Assembly: GCA_013415865.1 (NCBI GenBank)
Contig: CP058896.1
Coordinates: forward strand, 267,957-331,956
Origin: Methanomassiliicoccales archaeon
GTDB taxonomy: Archaea > Thermoplasmatota > Thermoplasmata > Methanomassiliicoccales > UBA472
Length of the DNA: 64,000 bases
Reading direction: 5' to 3'
Positions within the stretch are counted from its first letter, which is position 1; each line of letters starts with the position of its first letter. Of the stretch, positions 36,059 through 44,384 are shown one piece after another. The position numbers and the translations under genes were made by a program. The notes below the pieces were generated by a model. That model worked only from the letters and a program-made list of their open reading frames with translations. It did not search any database and was not told the origin of the DNA.

Positions 36059-36682
36059 TCACCCTCTTCCTACGCTGCTCTCATCCTTGATCAGCCTCAG
36101 TTTTGCAACAAGAAGATCTACCTGGGTGGAAGGATCGCACTTTTTACTAGGGAGAGTTCGTCCTTGTGACTCGTGATGGACCCTGAGCTTTTTCGCGTTG
36201 GTCATGGCGATCTCTAACCTTGGGAACAACATCTGGAATACGTCCTTGGACTTTTCATAATCGGCTATGTACTTCCTAAGCTCCTTGATAACATCGCCAC
36301 ATGATCCGGATCAAGACCTGTGAAGGGTGAAGTGAAGTAGGAACCATATCTCAAAACAAGGGTTGGAGATAGCACAATGGACCGGGACCTTCGAACATAC
36401 AGCATCAATGATGTCCTCCTCACTATTGTTGTCCACATCAAAGACGCACCAGACCTCGTCTCCTCCCTGCAGGTCAAAATCTAATTCTTTAATCATCTTT
36501 TCCGCACTCGCAATCATACCTCTGGGGGTCCGGTCCTTAGACGGTTTTACTATGATGCTTATCCTATACTCCTTCCTAAAGCCCTCAAAATATTTTTTCT
36601 CTGTCCTGTTCCCCTCGCAGATTATCGCGATCCTTTTTCGCGGCGCTCTACAGGACTCTTTCCTTCGAGACCTGCTCGTCAC
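36059..36682 (-). pseudogene. RloB-like (Toprim-type) gene interrupted by an in-frame TGA at 36311-36313
   Basis: The GTG start at 36682 overlaps the ATPase stop codon (GTGA). The N-terminal part RKRIAIICEGNRTEKKYF...VWCVFDVDNN...AISNPCFEIWFLLHF matches the RloB motifs. After the TGA, the same frame stays open for 83 more codons (SGSCGDVIKELRKYIADYEKSKDVFQML...CDPSTQVDLLVAKL), which looks like an RloB C-terminus. The combined length of 207 codons is typical for the family. Confidence 0.65.
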
Positions 36683-37956
36683 ACCACCTTCCCAGAGATG
36701 ACTGGGATGGCACCATATCTCCCGGTCAGATACCCCTTTTGGATGTCCCTGTCCTTCCTCTCGCTGAATTCTGACAGGGAATAAAGTCGTGTGCATCCAT
36801 CTTCCACATCCTTCTCAGTGAACCATATCTGGTCCCTTCTGAAGAATTCCAGGTCCAAGAGATTGGTGTCATGGGAGGTGAATATCAGCTGCGCTCCATT
36901 GGTGTTCTGTTGCGGGTCGTGGAAAAGTTCGATCAAGAATCGTACTAGATGGTGATGGAGCTTCACCTCGATCTCATCGACCGCCAGGACCTTTCCGTTC
37001 CTAAGAGCGTCAACCCAGTACCCCATGAGCATGAAGAATTTTTTTGTTCCTTCGGATTCCTCTCTTAGGTCCAGGTCGTACATCATAAGATGGCCATCAC
37101 GATCTTTTATGGCGTGTTTCATCTTGACCTCATGCCTCATAAGGCGGCCTTTTGTCCGGGACAGGAGCGGTCTGAACTCTGGGGGTGCGCTGTTCATCAG
37201 ATTATCAAGCTCTTCTTCTGTGACCATTGTTCTATTCGTCTCGATCTCAACTATACCTAGGTCTGCTACGGTCATCGACCTGACGATGGCATCATGATTG
37301 TCTTTTGACGATTCCATTACATCTAGCGTATATTTTTCATCCATTGGATGAACCAGGTCGCTCGGTCCTACTGTCCGTAACCTCTCTCCGAACCACTCCA
37401 GGACGGCATGCGTCTTCTGATAGTTCATCTGCGTAGCCCGAGAGACGTAGAGCACGTTCTCGGGTGTCATCTCCTTTATCCGTTCTTGCTCCGCTTTGTC
37501 GGTCTTGAAGATGAACTGGTCCTCATGTCTTTCAAACACCGTCGCCTTCCGTCCTTTCGGATAATGGTAAAGGAACTCGGTTATGATCTTGGAACCATCA
37601 TATTCGAACCCATAGCGATATTCCTTGCCCTTCTCGATGAATGCTACCTCCAAGGCCGTGGGTCTATCTGAAGAGCCCTTGTCGAATTTGAATGGGAAAT
37701 ATGGTAGTCGCAATCCCCTCTGAAAGCTGTGAGAGTTCATGACCATGAATCCCATCAGTGATAGGGCATGAAGGACGTTCGACTTTCCTGAGGCGTTCGC
37801 CCCATATATTGCAGCAGACTTCAGGACCTTGTCACTTTTTAAGATATCGCTACTGATGAGGTTATCAGGATGGCTTTGATCGGAAGTTCCGACCATGCTC
37901 AATGTCGCCATATCTTTTATCGACCTGAAATTTGATACTTTGAATTCTAAAAGCAT
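36679..37956 (-). CDS. AAA/ABC-type ATPase (AAA_15/AAA_21-like), AbiLi/RloA-like partner of RloB
   Basis: Start at ATG 37956 (MLLEFKVSNFRSIKD...). The Walker A motif is IYGANASGKSNVLHAL. The C-terminal region VLAVDEIEVKLHHHLVRFLIELF...AQLIFTSHDTNLLD covers Walker B, the D-loop and the H-loop. Confidence 0.75.
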   Translation of the reverse strand: MLLEFKVSNFRSIKDMATLSMVGTSDQSHPDNLISSDILKSDKVLKSAAIYGANASGKSNVLHALSLMGFMVMNSHSFQRGLRLPYFPFKFDKGSSDRPTALEVAFIEKGKEYRYGFEYDGSKIITEFLYHYPKGRKATVFERHEDQFIFKTDKAEQERIKEMTPENVLYVSRATQMNYQKTHAVLEWFGERLRTVGPSDLVHPMDEKYTLDVMESSKDNHDAIVRSMTVADLGIVEIETNRTMVTEEELDNLMNSAPPEFRPLLSRTKGRLMRHEVKMKHAIKDRDGHLMMYDLDLREESEGTKKFFMLMGYWVDALRNGKVLAVDEIEVKLHHHLVRFLIELFHDPQQNTNGAQLIFTSHDTNLLDLEFFRRDQIWFTEKDVEDGCTRLYSLSEFSERKDRDIQKGYLTGRYGAIPVISGKVV

Positions 37957-37984
37957 TAAAATCACCAATTTTATGATTGATTTT

Positions 37985-37999
37985 TGTGATATTATCACA
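37985..37999. promoter_or_regulatory. Perfect 7-1-7 palindrome TGTGATAtTATCACA upstream of the AbiL-like operon
   Basis: It lies 29-43 nt upstream of ATG 37956, within AT-rich promoter-like DNA, and has operator-like geometry. Confidence 0.3.
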
Positions 38000-38731
38000 A
38001 TATTCTCTATTTAATCTATTTGATTTATGATTTTAAATTACCAGAATTAAAAATATTTTTAACGCCTCACAATAGAATGATGTTATTTTTTATCGCCAGC
38101 TCTCATCTAGACCCGCTTAGAAGATGTCTGTGTGGCAAAGTTTGATAATATTCTGGATAAGATGATGTACAAAGAGGTACGACATCGTCATCAGCATCAT
38201 GAAAATGGAGCGCAAAGGTGGCCAGCTTTGAGAGGAACAATATAAAATGGTCCCGTGGGATTATCGAGGACAGGAGGAGGGCATCGACAAGACCAACAAA
38301 AAGATCGAGCGTCGAATTGTATAACCCCCTCCCTCGATCATGATGGGTTATCACATGATCGTAGGAGCCCTCGGGTCAAAAATCATAGCATCTGAACGAC
38401 TAATTGTGGACGACGTTGAGATGACGATGAGAACATAGGATTTCATAAACAACATTGAGCTTGATTCGAACGCCCTTGCATCGTACATGATACTCAGCTT
38501 GAACGATTGGCGATGCTCTTGGAAAAATCGTGGCGTCCTATATTGAAGGACTGGAATCACATAGCTTTTATCAAAGGTCATACTATTGTTGAGGTGATTC
38601 CACCTTTATCGATATTTATCAGAACATACAGAAAGTTCAATACTGACGGAACATCAATGACATGCCTGCCCCTGCGTCCTTGCATGACGAAGGAGGCGGA
38701 GGCCGTGACGACATCTCAAGAGGTCGGAAAG

Positions 38732-39133
38732 ATGAGGAAGAGGGTGCTTTTCATCTGCACGCACAACTCCGCGAGGTCCCAGATGGCCGAAGGCCTTGTC
38801 AACGCATTGCACGACAGGCGTTGGGTCGCGCACAGCGCGGGCACGTCGCCTACGAATGTGCATCCCTTGGCCGTCAAGGCGATGGCCGAGATAGGCATAG
38901 ACATCAGCCGCCATCACTCCAAGGCGCTCAAGGACTTCAAGGGGGAGGAGTTCGACCTCGTGGTGACGGTATGCGATGACGCCAGCGAGAACTGTCCCTT
39001 CTTCCCGGCGAAGAGGATCGTTCACAAAGGTTTCAAGGACCCTTCTAAGGCCGAGGGCACCGAGGAGGAGAGGCTGGAGGCCTTCAGGAAGGTGAGGGAC
39101 GAGATAAAGGACTGGCTGATGCAGGCCTTATAA
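38732..39133 (+). CDS. arsC: Arsenate reductase, LMW-PTPase family (thioredoxin-coupled type)
   Basis: Start at ATG 38732 (MRKRVLFICTHNSARSQMAEG = C-x5-R-S P-loop). A downstream Cys pair, TVCDDASENCPFFP, is present. ATG 38684 is an alternative start. Confidence 0.8.
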   Translation: MRKRVLFICTHNSARSQMAEGLVNALHDRRWVAHSAGTSPTNVHPLAVKAMAEIGIDISRHHSKALKDFKGEEFDLVVTVCDDASENCPFFPAKRIVHKGFKDPSKAEGTEEERLEAFRKVRDEIKDWLMQAL

Positions 39134-39296
39134 TGAACCGAGGTCCGTTCAAACCTCCTATCTTCCGCCTGGTCGGACACATTGTTTTATTAACAGATTC
39201 CGCAATCCCCGCTCGAAGGATGCTCGGCAAAGGTGTCATAGAGGGACCTTATGGTCTGTCTGCATCGCGAGCGGAGGTCGCAGAACCTTGACCGGA

Positions 39297-40256
39297 ATGG
39301 ATTGGATCTGGATAGGTTTCATCGTTTTCATATTGTCAATGCTCGCCATCGACCTTGGGGTCGTCAACAGGAAGGCGCATGAGATCAAGCCAAAAGAGGC
39401 GTTCATGATGTGGGGCTTCTGGATCTCCCTGGCCATCGCCTTCAACGTCCTTGTATACATCTGGTTCGGAAGCGAACAGGCCCTGATGTTCACGACGGGT
39501 TACATCATGGAGCTCGCGCTCAGCGTTGACAACATGTTCGTGTTCGTGCTGGTCTTCACCTACTTCTGCGTGCCGAAGGAATGCCAGCACAAGGTGCTGT
39601 TCTGGGGGGTGCTCGGCGCCCTGGTGATGAGGGCGATCTTCATCTTCGCGGGCATAGCGATCATCGAAAGGTTCGAATGGGTGATCTACATCTTCGGGGC
39701 GTTCCTGATAATAACCGCCTTCAAGATGGTACATGGCGGGGACAAGGAGGTCGAGCCTGAGAACAATCCGGTCGTCAGGCTGTTCCGAAGGTTCTTCCCC
39801 GTCGAGGACAGGTTCCACGGCAGCAAGTTCTTCATACGCTCCGCCAAGGGCACGTTGGTCGCCACGCCCCTCTTCGTTACATTGATATTCGTCGAGACGA
39901 CCGACCTGGTGTTCGCATTAGACTCGATCCCCGCGATCATAGCTATAACCCAGATACCTTTCATCGTCTACTCTTCGAACGCCTTCGCGATACTGGGCCT
40001 CAGGTCCCTCTACTTCGTCCTGGCGAGCATGATGAACGCCTTCGTGTACCTGAAGTACGGTCTCGCCGTCATCCTAGGCTTCGTCGGGGCGAAGATGCTG
40101 CTCTCCGAGTTCGTGCATATCGATGTCCTCGTGTCCCTCGCGGTGATAGTGTCGGTGCTTGCGATATCCGTCATCGCCTCCTGGTCAAAGTACAAGGACG
40201 CAAAGGCGCAGCTGGCCGCCTACGAGGAGCAGGTCTGCAAGGTCAGGAAGGACTGA
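39297..40256 (+). CDS. TerC/Alx-family integral membrane protein
   Basis: The TerC family signatures LALSVDNMFVFVLVF and FALDSIPAIIAIT are present, with about 9 TM helices. Confidence 0.8.
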   Translation: MDWIWIGFIVFILSMLAIDLGVVNRKAHEIKPKEAFMMWGFWISLAIAFNVLVYIWFGSEQALMFTTGYIMELALSVDNMFVFVLVFTYFCVPKECQHKVLFWGVLGALVMRAIFIFAGIAIIERFEWVIYIFGAFLIITAFKMVHGGDKEVEPENNPVVRLFRRFFPVEDRFHGSKFFIRSAKGTLVATPLFVTLIFVETTDLVFALDSIPAIIAITQIPFIVYSSNAFAILGLRSLYFVLASMMNAFVYLKYGLAVILGFVGAKMLLSEFVHIDVLVSLAVIVSVLAISVIASWSKYKDAKAQLAAYEEQVCKVRKD

Positions 40257-40328
40257 AGTGCGCCGTCAGGTGCTAGAAAAGGGACGAAGAATGGGGCCCG
40301 ATAGGACCATCTTTTTTCCCTTCTCCTT

Positions 40329-41717
40329 TCACTCCCTTTCCTCACGGAAATAGAGGTAGCATCCGGCGATGATGAAGAACGGGGCGAAGATGAGGCTGAA
40401 CAGCAGGACCAGGTTGTAGACGGCCTCCTCCAGCCAATTGCCCACCGCATAGAATGTGCTGTTGCCGCTTTCCATTGCTATGACATACAGGGTACCATTG
40501 GAACCGAGGACAGGGTCATAGAACGTCCGTACGACGCTCTCGTCGTCCGGCCTCAGCACCTCGCTCCTCCATAGCTCCATCCCATCGCTCCCGACCGCGA
40601 CGATCGCATCGTTGCTGCACACTATGGTCATCCCGTCCGCGGTCATGACCGTGCAATCGCCAGGGTGCGTCTCTGCACTGATGCTATAGCTCCAAAGACG
40701 CTCCCCCCCTGTCGATACCATGATGAGCGTGTTCTGACCTGGCGTCGCTGCGGGATCATCGAATAGGATGCCATAGGAGGAGACAGCGGCTACCCTCATC
40801 GCCTTTATTTCAGGATCGTCCAGGCTCCACCTTAAAGCACCACCGTCATTGATGGACAGGAGGCCATCGTCGCTCGTGATGTAACAGTTGCCCATCTCAT
40901 CCAGGAAGATGCCCGTTATCAGCTCTTCTTCAATCGACAGATATCCAGGGAGCAAGAAGGACCACACCTGTCCCAGCTCATCGTCGACCTTGAAGACCCC
41001 GTTCCCTGACGGAAAGATGATGGAACCGTCGCCCGTCACGACCGGGTCCCTTGCGGTCATATCGCTCAACGGCCTTGTGACCGTTGGGGATGTGGAGCTC
41101 ATCTCATAGGTCGTGGCGTTCATCCTCACGATGTTTATCATACCATGGAACATCGTCCCCTCTTCGTTTGCCGGCACAACCGATGTGAAGCACACCCCGC
41201 CCGACGGCAGCACCACCGGTGTGCTCACCTCGACGATATTGATGTCACTCACCCCATCATGAAGGGTCAAGGGGACCTCGTTGAGCATCACGCCCTCTGC
41301 ATCGATTGAGACCAGTGAGACGGGAAGACCATCTTCTTCCAGGAAGAAGTAAATGACGCCCTCCTTGTCTATGGCCAGATGCGACCCTATCTCTATGGTC
41401 GCCTCATAGGCCCAAAGGTGCTGGCCGTTATGGTCGAACGCCTCCACCTTGCTGTCATGGACGAGATAGATGTTCCCCTCGGGGCCCAGGGCCATGTCCT
41501 GGCTGGGGGTGAACCCCAGCTCCATCTCCCAGATGACGTCCTCGGGCATCTGCTCCATGATGAAGGGGCTGACGCCGCTGTTCCTAGCGTCGCCGCTGGA
41601 CATGCTCCATGGGGGAGACCAGATGCCCTCTTCCTGGGCCAAGACAGGAGGAAATGCGATCAGCAACAACGACGCGACGACCAGGACGGTCACAACGGCG
41701 GTCCGTTCCTTTGACAT
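40329..41717 (-). CDS. PQQ-like beta-propeller repeat protein, N-terminal signal/anchor and C-terminal TM
   Basis: Start at ATG 41717 (MSKERTAVVTVLVVASLLLIAFPPVLA). Repeated (D/E)G-x-(I/L)Y blades occur (EGNIYLV, EGVIYFF, MGNCYIT, NGTLYVI). The C-terminal TM is VYNLVLLFSLIFAPFFIIAGCYLYF. Confidence 0.65.
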   Translation of the reverse strand: MSKERTAVVTVLVVASLLLIAFPPVLAQEEGIWSPPWSMSSGDARNSGVSPFIMEQMPEDVIWEMELGFTPSQDMALGPEGNIYLVHDSKVEAFDHNGQHLWAYEATIEIGSHLAIDKEGVIYFFLEEDGLPVSLVSIDAEGVMLNEVPLTLHDGVSDINIVEVSTPVVLPSGGVCFTSVVPANEEGTMFHGMINIVRMNATTYEMSSTSPTVTRPLSDMTARDPVVTGDGSIIFPSGNGVFKVDDELGQVWSFLLPGYLSIEEELITGIFLDEMGNCYITSDDGLLSINDGGALRWSLDDPEIKAMRVAAVSSYGILFDDPAATPGQNTLIMVSTGGERLWSYSISAETHPGDCTVMTADGMTIVCSNDAIVAVGSDGMELWRSEVLRPDDESVVRTFYDPVLGSNGTLYVIAMESGNSTFYAVGNWLEEAVYNLVLLFSLIFAPFFIIAGCYLYFREERE

Positions 41718-42179
41718 ATTGGTCCCATCTCTCTGAGCGTCGGATGATGGAGGTCGTCCATACTTATCGTTTTCACTCCCTGAGATTCCTGCCAGCGACC
41801 TTCCGTCAAGAGAGCATGGCAGTCCTGAGGTCCGATCAGATGTGAACATCCTCTACTCTCAAGGATGTTGAGCAGCAAAATGGGGGGAGGATGTAACCTG
41901 ATGACGGGTATTTGATCGGAGCGCATCTTGGCCCGGCCCGCTGTGATAAGCGAGTCGACATTGAGGTGACGGATGTTGCGGCTCCCACAAATGACGAAGG
42001 CTACGTACGACATTCGACCAATAGATTAGTAAATGGCCAGGTTTTCCAATAACGTCTATTACCAACGAAAGCGTTATCTACCGCGCCCGCTCAATATCGG
42101 CGCTCAGGCCGACCTCACGCCCCGGACCATGAAAGGACCGGCGACGCGATAAGGCAGGAAAAGGAGATGGGGGGATGGG

Positions 42180-43394
42180 ATGCTCAAGTCGAAGGAGAAG
42201 GGGTCGGAGAAGAAGAAATGGACATTGGCCATAGTCTTCGTCCTGATCCTAGGGGCGGTGAGCCTTCTTGCCGACATCGCGAACGAAGGCACGAGAAGCT
42301 CGACCGGTGCGTATCTGGGATTGCTGGGGGCGAGCGCCGCAGCCATCGGTCTGATCTCCGGACTGAGCGAGCTCATCGGATACGGCCTTAGGATCGTCTT
42401 CGGGTGGGTCACGGACAGGACCGGACGCTACTGGACGTTGATGTTCATAGGTTACGGCATAAACCTTGTCGCCGTCCCCGCGCTGGCACTTGCGGGGAGC
42501 TGGCAATTGGCCTTCGCTCTCTTGATGATCGAGAGGGTGGGAAGGGCGATACGAGGGCCCGCGCGCGACGCGATGATATCGCACGCATCAGTAAAGGTAG
42601 GGCGCGGCTGGGCTTTCGGCCTGCAGGAGGCGCTGTCATCGGTCGGAGGGATGATCGGCCCGATGGTCGTGGTGATGGTCCTCACGCTCGATGGCACATA
42701 TGGCTCGGCCTTCATCGTCCTAGGCCTCTTCGCGCTTTTCGCGGTCGTGCTGCTTCTCCACGCATGGAAGATCAATCCAAGGCCAAGGGACATGGAGGGC
42801 AAATGCGCCCGTGCGGATACGACGAAGAGGCTCCCGGTCACGTTCTGGACCTTCTCTGTCGCAGGAGCGTTCATCGCCGCAGGATACGCCGACTTCCCGC
42901 TGATCTCGTTCCACCTGGACAATGGAGAACTTATCGAGGAGAGCCTTATCCCGATACTGTACGCCCTGGCGATGGCGGCGGACGCCCTGTCCGCGCTCTT
43001 CTTCGGCAAGCTTTACGACAAGGGGGGCATGAGCGGGTTCATCATCATGATGGCCGTCATACCGGTCTTCGTCCCATTGATATTCAGCGGGGACACTGGG
43101 CTCCTGCTGGTGGGGATGGTCTTCTATGGCATCGGGTTCGGTGCGCAGGAATCGATCATGCGGGCGATCGTGGCGGACCTTGCACCTTACTGCAGGAGGG
43201 GCTCCGCCTTCGGATATTACAACGCCATATTCGGGGCGTCCTGGTTCCTCGGCAGCCTTGTCATAGGACTGTTATACGATGTCAGCCTGATCGCCATGGT
43301 GCTCCTCTCGATGGCGCTCCAGCTCGCGGCCGTGCCTTTCCTTCTGAGGGTCAGGAAGGAGATGAGGTGGAGGCCCCGGGGAGAGGGATGGTGA
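42180..43394 (+). CDS. MFS transporter
   Basis: 404 aa with 12 predicted helices and an MFS loop motif, GWVTDRTGRY (G-x3-D-R-x-G-R-like). The substrate is unknown. Confidence 0.75.
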   Translation: MLKSKEKGSEKKKWTLAIVFVLILGAVSLLADIANEGTRSSTGAYLGLLGASAAAIGLISGLSELIGYGLRIVFGWVTDRTGRYWTLMFIGYGINLVAVPALALAGSWQLAFALLMIERVGRAIRGPARDAMISHASVKVGRGWAFGLQEALSSVGGMIGPMVVVMVLTLDGTYGSAFIVLGLFALFAVVLLLHAWKINPRPRDMEGKCARADTTKRLPVTFWTFSVAGAFIAAGYADFPLISFHLDNGELIEESLIPILYALAMAADALSALFFGKLYDKGGMSGFIIMMAVIPVFVPLIFSGDTGLLLVGMVFYGIGFGAQESIMRAIVADLAPYCRRGSAFGYYNAIFGASWFLGSLVIGLLYDVSLIAMVLLSMALQLAAVPFLLRVRKEMRWRPRGEGW

Positions 43395-43433
43395 GGCAAA
43401 TGCTATCTACCTCCGTCAACAGATGTGCTCAAT

Positions 43434-44285
43434 ATGACCTCCTTCCGCTCAGTGACGACCGTGAGGACAAGCAGGCCGACCACGGATGGCGCCGGGGTCA
43501 GCCTCAGAAGGGCGTTCAGCCGCTCGATGGTCGAAACGTTGGACCCGTTCCTGCTATTGGACAACTTCGGTTCAGAGGTCCCTGAGGATTACCTTGCAGG
43601 ATTCCCGATGCACCCTCACCGCGGCATCGAGACTGTCACCTATGTCCTCGAGGGGGAGGTCGACCATGAGGACAGCATAGGCAACAGAGGGACCATCAGG
43701 GCGGGGGAGGTCCAATGGATGACCGCAGGAAGGGGAATACTTCACCAGGAGATGCCGAGACGGTCAGAAAGGTTATTCGGATTTCAGCTCTGGGTCAACC
43801 TTCCGAGGACGGCGAAGATGATGCCTCCCCGCTACCGTGACATTAGGAAAGAGGAAATACCGGAGGTGAAGCTCGGTCGCGGTTCTTCGGTCAAGGTCAT
43901 CGCGGGGAGGTACGGTAAAGCTGAGGGGCCGGTGAAGGACCTTGTCGTACCGGTCAGTTTTTATGATGTCAGGCTGGGCCCGGGCGACCGCATCGATGTT
44001 CTGACCGACAAGGGGCACAGCTCATTTGTGTTCGTATACATGGGACAGGCGGCCTTCGGGCCAAATGAAGGTACCATCGTCGGTACCCAGCAGCTCGGCG
44101 TTCTTGGAAAGGGCGAGATAGTGACAGCGAGGGCTGGCCCGGGCGGTACGATGTTCATCATGGCCACTGGGAGGCCTTTGAGGGAGCCGGTCGCCTGGGG
44201 AGGGCCTATCGTGATGAACACCCAGGACGAGCTTGAGAAGGCGTATGACGAGCTGGAGAAGGGAACGTTCATAGATACACGGTGA
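43434..44285 (+). CDS. Pirin-family cupin protein
   Basis: The metal-binding motif is FPMHPHRGIETVTYVLEGEVDHEDSIGN...QWMTAGRGILHQEMP. The start is ATG 43434 or GTG 43425. Confidence 0.85.
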   Translation: MTSFRSVTTVRTSRPTTDGAGVSLRRAFSRSMVETLDPFLLLDNFGSEVPEDYLAGFPMHPHRGIETVTYVLEGEVDHEDSIGNRGTIRAGEVQWMTAGRGILHQEMPRRSERLFGFQLWVNLPRTAKMMPPRYRDIRKEEIPEVKLGRGSSVKVIAGRYGKAEGPVKDLVVPVSFYDVRLGPGDRIDVLTDKGHSSFVFVYMGQAAFGPNEGTIVGTQQLGVLGKGEIVTARAGPGGTMFIMATGRPLREPVAWGGPIVMNTQDELEKAYDELEKGTFIDTR

Positions 44286-44384
44286 GAGAGCCCTTTTTCA
44301 TATCTTTTCAAGAATGATAGCCGTTCGAGCGGTTTTATTATACATTAAAAAAGTGATTGACCTCAACGATCTCGACCGATAAGC

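Noticed and set aside
36311-36313. The in-frame TGA in the RloB-like gene could be a selenocysteine codon.
   Set aside because: RloB has no known redox Sec/Cys site at this position. I saw no obvious SECIS-like stem-loop in the short 3' region, which abuts the antiporter stop. Sec usage in archaea is restricted to a few methanogen lineages. A nonsense mutation or sequencing error is more parsimonious.
38103-38581. Two small minus-strand ORFs (83 and 76 aa) with a 4-nt overlap might be a toxin-antitoxin pair. On the plus strand there is a small frame with an in-frame TAG (MMGYHMIVGALGSK...MRT-TAG-DFINNIELD...).
   Set aside because: The translations are low-complexity with no recognisable motif, no convincing RBS or promoter and no family resemblance. 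The TAG read-through (pyrrolysine) idea has no support from the sequence context. I treat the region as probable decayed or non-coding DNA of the low-GC islet.
39134-39296. A possible yybP-ykoY (Mn) riboswitch upstream of the TerC/Alx-family gene.
   Set aside because: I could not find the conserved GGGGAGUAG-type core or the four-way junction pairing. The region contains only weak, short complementarities. This riboswitch class is bacterial.
42404-43585. A 393-aa plus-strand ORF overlaps the MFS transporter and the pirin start.
   Set aside because: It is an alternative frame of a high-GC region. The translation is Arg/Gly/Pro-rich nonsense, whereas the MFS frame gives 12 clean hydrophobic helices.
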